Below, one piece after another: positions 11,779 to 19,797 of a stretch of DNA of 64,000 nt (positions are counted from its first letter, which is position 1; every line of letters begins with the position of its first letter). The notes below the pieces were generated by a model. It had not been told where the DNA came from, did not search any database, and saw only the letters and a list, made by a program, of their open reading frames with translations. The stretch is from contig CAVYSY010000054.1 in NCBI GenBank assembly GCA_963771175.1, positions 32,001 to 96,000 on the forward strand. Direction: 5' to 3'. This stretch comes from an uncultured delta proteobacterium (GTDB taxonomy: Bacteria; Myxococcota; Myxococcia; Myxococcales; Myxococcaceae). The position numbers and the translations under genes are program-made.

Positions 11779-13632
11779 ATGCGCGCGCCGCCCATCTCCG
11801 ACTATGCCCTGCTGTCCGACTGCAACTCGGCCGTGCTCGTGAGCCGTGCGGGCTCGGTGGACTGGTTCTGCTGCCCCCGCTTCGACTCGCCCGCCGTGTT
11901 CAGCCGGCTGCTGGACGCGGAGGCGGGGCACTGGGTGCTGCGCCCGGTGAGGGGCCGCTCGCACCGGCGCTACCTCGAACGCACGCTGGTGCTGGAGACG
12001 CTGCACCACACGCCCACGGGCATCGCGGTGCAGGTGGATGCGCTGGCGCTGGGGCGGGGCACGCGCGAGCACGGGCTGGGAGCGGACGTGCCCGGGGTGC
12101 TGCTGCGCCGGGTGGCGTGCGTCGAGGGCCAGGTGGAGTTCGAGACGGACTTCCGCCCCCGGCCCGAGTACGGGCTGGTGCACCCGATGCTGCGCGAGGT
12201 GGAGGGCGGAGTGTGGGCGCAGGGCGGCGCGTCCGTGCTGCTCCTGTCCTCGCCAATGCCCCTGGGATTCGGGGACTGTGAGGCCCACGGGCGCTTCACC
12301 TTGAAGGCGGGGGAGTCGGTGGGGTTCGCCCTGCAGCACCGCTCGTGGTGGCAGTCCCCGGTGCGGCCCTGGAGTCAGGAGGCCATCGACGTGGCGCTCG
12401 GGGACACGGTGGAGGCGTGGCGGAGCTGGTCGGACATGCACCAGCGCTATGAGGGCCCCTGGCGCGAGCTCGTCCACCACAGCGGCCGGGTGCTGCAGGC
12501 GCTCACCTTCTACCCGACGGGTGCCATCGTGGCCGCGCCCACCACGTCCCTGCCAGAGTCGGTGGGCGGCGAGCGCAACTGGGACTACCGCTACTCGTGG
12601 CTGCGTGACGCGAGCCTCACGCTGGAGGCCCTCTGGGTGGCGGCCTGCCCCGACGAGGCCTGGCGCTTCTTCAACTTCCTCTCCTCGACGGTGACGCAGC
12701 TGCAACGGGGGGAGGACGCGCGAATCATGTCTGGCATTGGCGGCGAGCACGACTTGAGCGAGCGCGTGCTGCCGCACCTGTCGGGCTGGAGGGGCAGTCG
12801 GCCCGTGCGGGTGGGGAACGCGGCGTGGACGCAGCGGCAGTTGGATGTCTATGGCGAGGTGCTCGCGGCGGCGCACCGGCTGAAGGAGCAGCTCGGAGGG
12901 CTCGACAGCGAGGGGCGGCGGTTCCTGGTGGCGCTGGCGGACTCGGCGGCGGACCGGTGGGGGGAGCCGGACCAGGGCATCTGGGAGATGCGGGACGCGC
13001 CCCAGCACCACCTCTACTCGAAGCTGATGTGCTGGGTGGCGGTGGACCGGGCGCTGGCGCTGAAGGACCTGCTCGTGGCGGATGCCGAGCGCGTGGCTCG
13101 CTGGGCGCGGGTGCGGCGTGAGCTCCGCTCGGCCATCCTGGAGCACGGGTGGAACGCTCGGGTGGGGGCCTTCACGCAGGCGTTCGACTCGGACGTGCTG
13201 GACGCGTCGGCGCTGATGCTGCCCATCGTCGGCTTCCTGCCGGCGAGGGACCCGCGGATGCTGGCCACGCTGGAGGCCATCTCCACGGACCTCACGGACG
13301 ACCGGGGGATGGTGTACCGCTACCGGAGCGCGGACGGGCTGTCAGGGGAGGAGGGTACCTTCTTCCTGTGCACCTTCTGGTTGGCGCACGCGTACGCGCT
13401 GGCGGGCGAGGTGGAGCGGGCGCGCGAGACGTTCACACGGACCGTGGAGTACGTGAACGACGTGGGGCTGCTGTCCGAGGAGGTGGAGCCGGAGAGCGGG
13501 GAGCTCCTGGGCAACTTCCCGCAGGCCTTCAGCCACATCGGCCTGGTGAACGCGGCGTGGGCCATCACCCAGGCGGAGGAGCGGAGGCGGAGCTCCGCGC
13601 CCGCGCACACCCCCGAGCCTCTCGGCGGCTGA
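11779..13632 (+). CDS. Glycoside hydrolase family 15 (trehalase/glucoamylase-like)
   Basis: [22 protein letters not shown]...[38 protein letters not shown]. Confidence 0.93.
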   Translation: MRAPPISDYALLSDCNSAVLVSRAGSVDWFCCPRFDSPAVFSRLLDAEAGHWVLRPVRGRSHRRYLERTLVLETLHHTPTGIAVQVDALALGRGTREHGLGADVPGVLLRRVACVEGQVEFETDFRPRPEYGLVHPMLREVEGGVWAQGGASVLLLSSPMPLGFGDCEAHGRFTLKAGESVGFALQHRSWWQSPVRPWSQEAIDVALGDTVEAWRSWSDMHQRYEGPWRELVHHSGRVLQALTFYPTGAIVAAPTTSLPESVGGERNWDYRYSWLRDASLTLEALWVAACPDEAWRFFNFLSSTVTQLQRGEDARIMSGIGGEHDLSERVLPHLSGWRGSRPVRVGNAAWTQRQLDVYGEVLAAAHRLKEQLGGLDSEGRRFLVALADSAADRWGEPDQGIWEMRDAPQHHLYSKLMCWVAVDRALALKDLLVADAERVARWARVRRELRSAILEHGWNARVGAFTQAFDSDVLDASALMLPIVGFLPARDPRMLATLEAISTDLTDDRGMVYRYRSADGLSGEEGTFFLCTFWLAHAYALAGEVERARETFTRTVEYVNDVGLLSEEVEPESGELLGNFPQAFSHIGLVNAAWAITQAEERRRSSAPAHTPEPLGG

Positions 13633-13730
13633 AACCTGCCGTCATGTCTTCAAAAGTGAATTGTCATTGGGCTGTAATCAAAGACAATTCGTAAAGGCAA
13701 GAATAAGCAATTCGGGCGGCTTGGGCGTGC

Positions 13731-13760
13731 TTGACAGGGAGTGTTTGGAGATTCTAGTTT
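13731..13760 (+). promoter_or_regulatory. Putative sigma70-type promoter for the methyltransferase-terpene synthase pair
   Basis: TTGACA-N18-TAGTTT in an AT-rich intergenic stretch about 210 nt upstream of the ATG at 13972. Confidence 0.45.
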
Positions 13761-13971
13761 TCAGGAGTTCCCGCGAGAGGAAGAGTTGCATGGTGGGTTG
13801 CAGCTCGCGGTAGGACTTCTGGAAATCACTCAAGCGGAACGCCACCGGCGGTGCCTCGGTGGGGCCAGCTTGTCTCTCGCGTGTTTCACGTGCTCCGCGA
13901 GGAGCACATCTGATGAGCCGGGACACCCACCCGGAGTTCAGTGCTTCAACGTAAGCCTCGGGAGACGTTGA

Positions 13972-14916
13972 ATGGCTGCTTTGATCTGGTCTCTGCCTGT
14001 CACCCAGCACCACACGCACGTCCGGCGCGTGCAGTCTTCTCCACCCGCGATTTCGAGGCTGGAGGCGACCGGTACCAACCGGGAGGTCGTTGCCAGCTAT
14101 TACGACTGGAAGACGGCCTCCATCCTCAAGAAGTACGGGCCGGGTCCGCGCGTCCATTTCCACCTCGGCTACTTCGAGGAGCCGCTGGACACCGCGGTGG
14201 AGGCGGACGAACTGCGCGAGCGCGTCCGCCGGGCGCAGGAGGAGGTGGTCGCGCGCGCGGCCCGCGCGTGGGATGCGCCGCGCGAGTTCGCGGGTCGACT
14301 CCTGGACGTCGGCTGCGGCCTGGGGGGCGGCGCCATCTACTGGGCGCAGCACTGCCCCACGGAGGTGACGGCGGTGACCATCGCGCGGGAGCACCTCCCG
14401 CTCATCTCCAACTTCGCCCGGCAGGCGGGGGTGGGGAAGCGCGTCCAGCCGGTGCTGTCCGACGCGTGCGAGGTCCAGTCGGAAGAGCCCTTCGACGCCG
14501 TGGTGGCGATGGAGAGCTCGTGCTACTTCCCGCGCGATCGCTGGTTCCAGCACCTGCGCGGCCTGGTGCGTCCCGGGGGCGTCGTGTGCATCGAGGACAC
14601 CTTCCTGGGCAGCCCGGACTGCCGCGAGCCCTTCGACCAGTACTGGCACACGCACATCGAAACGGTCGCCGAGTACGTGCGCTGTGCGCGCGCGGCGGGC
14701 TTCGAGCTCGAGAACAACGTCGACCTGACGGAGGGGACGACGGACTTCTGGCGCCATAGCATCGAGTGGAGCCGGCGCACCCTGGCGGCCGGGGACGTGG
14801 AGCCCGGCGAGGCCGAGCGCCTGAAGAAGTCCATCCTCTGGCACGGGTACTTCCACGAGGCGTGGTTGCGGCGGGGCATCGAGGTCTGGCTGTTGAAGTT
14901 CCGGCGCGTCAGCTAG
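13972..14916 (+). CDS. SAM-dependent C-methyltransferase, prenyl-diphosphate (FPP/GPP) methyltransferase-like
   Basis: YYDWKTASILKKYGPGPRVHFHLG, RAQE, LLDVGCGLGG, AMESSCY; adjacent to a terpene synthase. Confidence 0.85.
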   Translation: MAALIWSLPVTQHHTHVRRVQSSPPAISRLEATGTNREVVASYYDWKTASILKKYGPGPRVHFHLGYFEEPLDTAVEADELRERVRRAQEEVVARAARAWDAPREFAGRLLDVGCGLGGGAIYWAQHCPTEVTAVTIAREHLPLISNFARQAGVGKRVQPVLSDACEVQSEEPFDAVVAMESSCYFPRDRWFQHLRGLVRPGGVVCIEDTFLGSPDCREPFDQYWHTHIETVAEYVRCARAAGFELENNVDLTEGTTDFWRHSIEWSRRTLAAGDVEPGEAERLKKSILWHGYFHEAWLRRGIEVWLLKFRRVS

Positions 14917-14968
14917 CGTCAGGTAGTCGGTAGTCAGGTAGTGGGGGGGTTCCTTGGGTGCACGCGAG

Positions 14969-15844
14969 ATGAGCAGGGTCCGCAATCAACAGGTTCTCGA
15001 GGCCACGCTGGAATGGGGGCGCGAGCTCCCCGGCTTCGTCCCCGCGCATGCGCTCCATGGGGTGGTGCTCACCGAGGCGTTCGCGGGTGGTGTCCAGGGC
15101 GCGGAGGGCGAGTGGATCGCCGGGCTCGGCGAGGACGAGCCGGCCCTGCTGCTGGCGGCCATGGACCTGGCCTGCATCCTGTGGGTCGACGACTGGTTCG
15201 ACACGAGGGAGCACACCGGGCGGGAGGCGGAGCCGGGAGAGTCGCTCGTGAAGGTCCTCCTGGGCGGGTCGGCGACCACTCCCGAGGCGAGAGGTCTCGC
15301 GCTGCTGCGCGACAGGTTCCGTGCCGCGGCGCGAGGCCCGGATGACAATCGCCTGTGGGCCGAGACGCTCATCGACGTCGTGCGCGCCTCGCAGGAGGAC
15401 TGGCGCGTCTCGCGCGGGGAGCGCTCGCGCACCTGGGGCGAGTACCTGCGCAATGGTGAGCACAACATCGCCGCCGCCCACCTGGCCTTCACCTTGTCGC
15501 TCGCGTACGACCTCGGGCTCTCGTCGAGGGCCTCGGAGCCCCGGTTCCGCCGCGCGCTGAGCCACCTGTGCCTCGCCATGCGGCTGCGCAACGACCTGGC
15601 CAGCGCGGAGAAGGAGCGCCGGGAGGGCAACCTCGCCAACGGGCTCTTCATCATGGAGCGCTACCTGCCTCCCGCGCAGGCCTTCGCCTTCGTCGACGCG
15701 GAGCGGCTCGGCTACGAGCGGATGCTGGCCCGGGATGTCGAGGCACTCGGGCCCTACCACCCCTTCCCGCGAATCGCGCGGGTGATGATCGCCGCTGTGG
15801 AGCGCTTCTACCAGGTGCCCGATTCCCGCTACGCCGGCACCTGA
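14969..15844 (+). CDS. Class I terpene synthase
   Basis: Asp-rich WVDDWFD, EYLRNG, NSE-type RLRNDLASAEKE, C-terminal RY. Confidence 0.85.
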   Translation: MSRVRNQQVLEATLEWGRELPGFVPAHALHGVVLTEAFAGGVQGAEGEWIAGLGEDEPALLLAAMDLACILWVDDWFDTREHTGREAEPGESLVKVLLGGSATTPEARGLALLRDRFRAAARGPDDNRLWAETLIDVVRASQEDWRVSRGERSRTWGEYLRNGEHNIAAAHLAFTLSLAYDLGLSSRASEPRFRRALSHLCLAMRLRNDLASAEKERREGNLANGLFIMERYLPPAQAFAFVDAERLGYERMLARDVEALGPYHPFPRIARVMIAAVERFYQVPDSRYAGT

Positions 15845-15978
15845 TGCACCAGGGGTGATGAAGTCATCCCCTCACGCCTTCCGAGAAAAAGCGCATTCCA
15901 TGGAAGTGTCGTTTTCATGACGGTATCGGTATAGACTGGAAGGTACCCACCCGAAGTCCCTCGAAGAGGGGAATCTCC

Positions 15979-16227
15979 ATGTCCAAGCTCGTTGCGTTCA
16001 TCGTCGCCGCCATCGCGGCCGCTGGCGTTCTCGTTCCGGTCGTTGCGTATGCCTACGGCGTGAAGACCGGTCCCTGCTCGGTCTCCGTGACCTGCATCGG
16101 TGGCCAGGTTGTCTCGTGCAGCGGCGCGCAGGTTTGTTATTGGAAGGTCGATGGCTCCACGAGCCGCGGCTTCGTGGAGTGTGACAGCTACGGCCGCGAA
16201 TACTGCGGCGCCATCGTGGCCGATTGA
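15979..16227 (+). CDS. Small secreted cysteine-rich protein
   Basis: 82 aa, GAGGGG RBS, signal peptide ending AYA, 6 Cys in the mature part, hairpin downstream. Confidence 0.7.
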   Translation: MSKLVAFIVAAIAAAGVLVPVVAYAYGVKTGPCSVSVTCIGGQVVSCSGAQVCYWKVDGSTSRGFVECDSYGREYCGAIVAD

Positions 16228-16387
16228 CGGTCGCACCTCGGTGGGCCCTCCTCTCCAGGTGAGGAGGGTCCCCCATCTGCTCGCTCCTGGATATCTCGCC
16301 CGACCCACTGGGGAGGGGCGTCAGGTGGGCGTGTCATAATCCAGGGGACTCACTGGCCCTCGGGCCGGTTCCCCCGGTGCGCCCCTC

Positions 16388-17110
16388 ATGTCCCGCTTCC
16401 GTCTCTCGCAGAGCGATGCCGTCGAGTGGCTCCGCGCCCTGCCGTCCGCATCGGTGGACCTCGTCATCACCGACCCCGCCTACGAATCGCTCGAGAAGCA
16501 CCGCGCCATCGGCACCACGACGCGCCTCAAGCACAGCAAGGCGTCGAGCAACCACTGGTTTCAAATCTTCCCCAACGCGCGCTTCCCCGAGCTGTTCTCG
16601 GAAATCTGGCGGGTGCTGAAGCGGGACGCGCACTTCTACCTGTTCTGCGATCCCGAGACGATGTTCGTCGCGAAGCCGCTCGCGGAGGCGGCGGGCTTCC
16701 GGTTCTGGAAGCCCCTCGTCTGGGACAAGCAGCACATCGGCATGGGCTACCACTACCGCTCCCGCTACGAGTTCATCCTCTTCTTCGAGAAGGGCCGGCG
16801 GCGGTTGAGCGACCTGGGCGTGGCGGACGTGCTCCCGGTGCCACGCGTGTACCGGGGCTATCCGGCGGAGAAGCCCACGGGGCTGAGCGAGGTGCTCATC
16901 CGGCAGAGCAGCGAGCCCGGCGACGTGGTGGTGGACCCATTCCTGGGCTCGGGCTCGGTGGGCGTGGCGGCGGTGCGGCTCGGGCGGGACTTCCGGGGCA
17001 CCGACATCTGTGACGAGGCGCTGGCGGTCTCCGAGGCGCGGCTGCGCGCCGAGGGCGCGGTGCCGGAGGAGGCGGAGGAGACGCGAGTGCGCATGGCCCG
17101 GAGCGGGTGA
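16388..17110 (+). CDS. Site-specific DNA methyltransferase (N4-C/N6-A, beta class)
   Basis: VDLVITDPAY catalytic motif N-terminal, YPAEKP, VVDPFLGSGS SAM motif C-terminal. Confidence 0.92.
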   Translation: MSRFRLSQSDAVEWLRALPSASVDLVITDPAYESLEKHRAIGTTTRLKHSKASSNHWFQIFPNARFPELFSEIWRVLKRDAHFYLFCDPETMFVAKPLAEAAGFRFWKPLVWDKQHIGMGYHYRSRYEFILFFEKGRRRLSDLGVADVLPVPRVYRGYPAEKPTGLSEVLIRQSSEPGDVVVDPFLGSGSVGVAAVRLGRDFRGTDICDEALAVSEARLRAEGAVPEEAEETRVRMARSG

Positions 17111-17598
17111 GGGGGAACGAGAGCCGGACGCAGGAGGCGCGGATGACTGGACACGAATACGCGGAGCTGGTGGCCAGATACATCGTGAAGAACTTCGCCT
17201 CGCGCGGGGTGAAGGTGTACCGCGAGGTGAACGTCGGCAAGACGCTCACCGGGAAGGGGCGGCGCGTCGACGTCTTCGTGCTCGAGCCCACCACGGGCAC
17301 GGCGCTCGCCATCGAGTGCAAGTACCAGGGAAGCGTCGGCACCGTGGACGAGAAGATTCCCTTCGCCCTGCAGGACCTGGAGAGCATGCGGATTCCGGTG
17401 TGCGTCGCCTACGCCGGAGACGGCTTCTCCCAGGGCATCCTCCACATCCTCTCCGCGTCGCCCATCGCCACCTACTGCCTGCCTGGGGCGAAGACGCTCG
17501 CGCCCTCCCAGGAGACTCGCGAGCTGGACTGCCTCCTGGCCATGACCTTCAAGTGGTGGGACGTGCTCGTGCGCGGCAAGAAGCGTGTAGCGCTGTGA
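17107..17598 (+). CDS. PD-(D/E)XK nuclease superfamily protein (restriction-endonuclease-like); start 17107 or 17143
   Basis: GHEYAELV...RRVDVFV...LAIECKYQ...GTVDEKIP; overlaps or abuts the MTase stop. Confidence 0.8.
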   Translation: MRGNESRTQEARMTGHEYAELVARYIVKNFASRGVKVYREVNVGKTLTGKGRRVDVFVLEPTTGTALAIECKYQGSVGTVDEKIPFALQDLESMRIPVCVAYAGDGFSQGILHILSASPIATYCLPGAKTLAPSQETRELDCLLAMTFKWWDVLVRGKKRVAL

Positions 17599-17622
17599 AC
17601 CCGGGCGAGGCCTTACCGCATG

Positions 17623-18468
17623 TCACGGCTGGGAGAAGCCCCGCGCTGGCATCGCGGGAGAGCGGTGCAGCCAGTTGTCCTCGGGGTAGCGGGCGGTGCC
17701 GTCGATGAGGTGGACCGCGTAGGCGTGGCGGCTCTTGGGTGAGGTATTGGCGCCGCTCTTGTGGGGCAGCAACCCGTGGAGCACGACCAGGGAGCCCTTC
17801 TTCACCTCCAACGGCACCATGCCCTCCTCGGGCAGGGGCGTGGGGTCCAGCACCTGGAACGCCGTGCCGCCTCCCGGGGCGCGGACGAAGCGCTTCTTCA
17901 GGCCCAGCGTGTGCCCGCCGGGCAGCGCCCACAGGCACCCGTTCTCCAGCGTCGCGTCCTCCAGGGCGAACCAGAAGCCCATGCAGGTCGGCGGCTCCGT
18001 GTACAGGAACGTCGAGTCCTGGTGGCTGTTGACCTCGCCGCCGATGAAGGGCTGCTTGAAGATGTACATCGACTGGATCAGCAGCGGCTGCTTCATGCCC
18101 AGCTCCGCGGCCAGGGCCGCCAGCTCGGGCGTGCGGGAGAACCGGTCGAAGACGGGGTCCAGGTCGTGCAGCGCGTGGCCGATCTTGTTGATCGACAGCG
18201 CCTTGTCCTGGCGCAGCGAGCCGTCCGGCTTGAAGGCGTTCTCCTCGAAGAAGAACCGGAGCTGATCCCCCGAGGACAGGAAGTACTCGTCCGAGGTCCG
18301 GGTCTGCTCGTGCGTGGTGAAGATGGAGACCGTCTCCGGCTGGAAGTCGGCCACCAGCTCCTCGGCCCGGGCCTTCAACGCATCGCAGGAGGCCGCCGGG
18401 ACGAACCCGGGCAGTACGAGGAACCCCTGTCGCGAGAACTCTTCGGCACGATTCATGTCCGCTCCCAT
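17623..18468 (-). CDS. Phytanoyl-CoA dioxygenase family (PHYHD1-like 2OG/Fe oxygenase)
   Basis: QSMYIFKQP, HQD, WFALEDATLENGCLW, LLPHKSGANTS.KSRHAY. Confidence 0.92.
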   Translation of the reverse strand: MGADMNRAEEFSRQGFLVLPGFVPAASCDALKARAEELVADFQPETVSIFTTHEQTRTSDEYFLSSGDQLRFFFEENAFKPDGSLRQDKALSINKIGHALHDLDPVFDRFSRTPELAALAAELGMKQPLLIQSMYIFKQPFIGGEVNSHQDSTFLYTEPPTCMGFWFALEDATLENGCLWALPGGHTLGLKKRFVRAPGGGTAFQVLDPTPLPEEGMVPLEVKKGSLVVLHGLLPHKSGANTSPKSRHAYAVHLIDGTARYPEDNWLHRSPAMPARGFSQP

Positions 18469-18517
18469 GCGCGGCTGCGACCGGCAGCCTATTCGAGCGG
18501 GCGGGGACTGCGAAGAG

Positions 18518-18588
18518 CGCTCCTGCTGGGAATCGAACCCAGTTCACACGGTAGACGGCCGTGCTGCGATCCAATCGCATCCAGGAGC
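18518..18588 (-). tRNA. Atypical tRNA-Asp(GTC)-like gene
   Basis: Cloverleaf GCTCCTG/CAGGAGC, D arm TGCG-ATTGGAT-CGCA, anticodon arm CACGG-CCGTCTA-CCGTG, T arm CTGGG-TTCGATT-CCCAG, discriminator G; non-canonical G8, C33, T37; no encoded CCA. Confidence 0.75.
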
Positions 18589-18600
18589 TTGTGCTGCGAG

Positions 18601-18673
18601 TACCCCGTACGGGAGTCGAACCCGTCTTTCCGCGGTGAGAGTGCGGTGTCCTTCGCCGATAGACGAACGGGGC
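18601..18673 (-). tRNA. tRNA-Glu(CTC)
   Basis: GCCCCGT TC GTCTATCGGCGAAGGAC A CCGCA CTCTCAC CGCGG AAAG ACGGG TTCGACT CCCGT ACGGGGT A; Glu-type D arm; A31-C39 mismatch; no encoded CCA. Confidence 0.9.
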
Positions 18674-18690
18674 AGGAAGTCGGGACCCGG

Positions 18691-18731
18691 AAAAGCAAGA
18701 GGCCGGGTCCCTTCTTGGGAGCCCGGCCTCT
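18691..18731 (-). terminator. Intrinsic terminator (attenuator) just upstream of the tRNA genes
   Basis: Minus strand AGAGGCCGGGCTCCC-AAGAA-GGGACCCGGCCTCT followed by TGCTTTT, 17 nt before the tRNA-Glu 5' end. Confidence 0.8.
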
Positions 18732-18770
18732 GAGTCCCGTGCCTCGTCATGGGACGAGGACGCGGAAGGT

Positions 18771-18920
18771 TCAGAATCCGGGCGGTTGGCCGCCAGTCAG
18801 CTCGAGGCCGAGCAGGAGGTCCAGAGCGGTATCCAGGCCGGTACGCGAGAGCGCGTCGATGCCAGTATCAGTGTCGTTCAGGGACTCGAGGTTCATCGGG
18901 CTCTGCTTCGTCACCGTCAT
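18771..18920 (-). CDS. Putative leader peptide (49 aa)
   Basis: GAAAGGAG RBS 8 nt before ATG; MTVTKQSPMNLESLNDTDTGIDALSRTGLDTALDLLLGLELTGGQPPGF*; 3' end complementary to the terminator 5' arm; not in the supplied ORF track. Confidence 0.7.
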   Translation of the reverse strand: MTVTKQSPMNLESLNDTDTGIDALSRTGLDTALDLLLGLELTGGQPPGF

Positions 18921-18944
18921 GGTCACCGCTCCTTTCATCGAGAA

Positions 18945-18973
18945 AAGACGTGGCTGGAATCCATTCCTGACAA
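18945..18973 (-). promoter_or_regulatory. Putative promoter of the leader/tRNA transcript with a palindromic spacer
   Basis: Minus strand TTGTCA-N17-CGTCTT; spacer contains the inverted repeat GGAAT-GG-ATTCC. Confidence 0.45.
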
Positions 18974-19027
18974 CGCACCGCGCGGCTCGACAAGTGCCCG
19001 GCGCGTGAGCGCCAAGGATGCGTGAGG

Positions 19028-19645
19028 CTAACCGAGGTCTTTCTGTCGGACCCCGAGCCCCGCGGCGATGCCCGGCACGGCAAGGCGTCGGAAGAGCTCG
19101 TCCACCTCCGCGGGGGGTCGTGGGTTGGGGCTATCCAGCCACCAGATGAGGAGGCCGAGGAACGCGCCCACCACGAAGTGGACCACGCCCTCGAAGGCGC
19201 CACCCGGTGCCCTGCTGTCCGGTGGGGCGAGCGAGGCGAGATCGTCCCGTGTGAGCTGGGTGACCAGCCGGCGCATCTTGTTCTGCAGCGCCGCACCGCT
19301 CTCCCGGCCCACCATGGCCTGGTAGAGGTGGCGATGCGAGTGGGCATGCTCGAAGAGGGCCAGTCCGAAGTCGAGCCGGCCTGAGTCCGTCCCCTTGCGT
19401 CCTCCGCGCGCCGCTCGCCGCTGCGCGACAATGGCGCTCTTGAGCTCGTCGAAGCCGCTTACCAGCAGCTCCTCCTTGTCGGAGAAGTGGGCGTAGAAGG
19501 TGGACCGCCCCACGTTGGCCCGGTCGGTGATGTCCTGCACCGTCACCGCCTCGTAGCCCTTCTCCAGGATGAGCTCCACGAGCGCATGCCTCAGGAGCTG
19601 CCGCGTCCGTTGGACTCGTCGATCCTCGCGCTTCTCCTCCGCCAT
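19028..19645 (-). CDS. TetR/AcrR family transcriptional regulator
   Basis: DRRVQRTRQLL...GYEAVTVQDITDRANVGRSTFYAHF. Confidence 0.93.
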   Translation of the reverse strand: MAEEKREDRRVQRTRQLLRHALVELILEKGYEAVTVQDITDRANVGRSTFYAHFSDKEELLVSGFDELKSAIVAQRRAARGGRKGTDSGRLDFGLALFEHAHSHRHLYQAMVGRESGAALQNKMRRLVTQLTRDDLASLAPPDSRAPGGAFEGVVHFVVGAFLGLLIWWLDSPNPRPPAEVDELFRRLAVPGIAAGLGVRQKDLG

Positions 19646-19761
19646 CGAGCACCTCGCAATCCGGAACAAATCCCCCTGCGTGTCCCGAAACACACAGGCT
19701 CCGCGGGGCCGTTCATTGTGAAGACCGGCCGCGGCTCGCATTCTGAACAAAGAAGCCATTA

Positions 19762-19778
19762 CTGGACAAGGTGTCCAG
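19762..19778. promoter_or_regulatory. Candidate TetR operator
   Basis: Perfect inverted repeat CTGGACA-AGG-TGTCCAG between divergent tetR and ABC genes. Confidence 0.55.
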
Positions 19779-19797
19779 CATTCAGGGAGAGCCGCGA

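Noticed and set aside
13760..13971. Long 5' region of the methyltransferase gene as a structured regulatory RNA or uORF
   Set aside because: No convincing RBS-led peptide, terminator or known aptamer motif recognised.
18518..18673. tRNA genes as the attachment site of a prophage or integrative element
   Set aside because: No duplicated tRNA 3' end and no integrase seen in the window.
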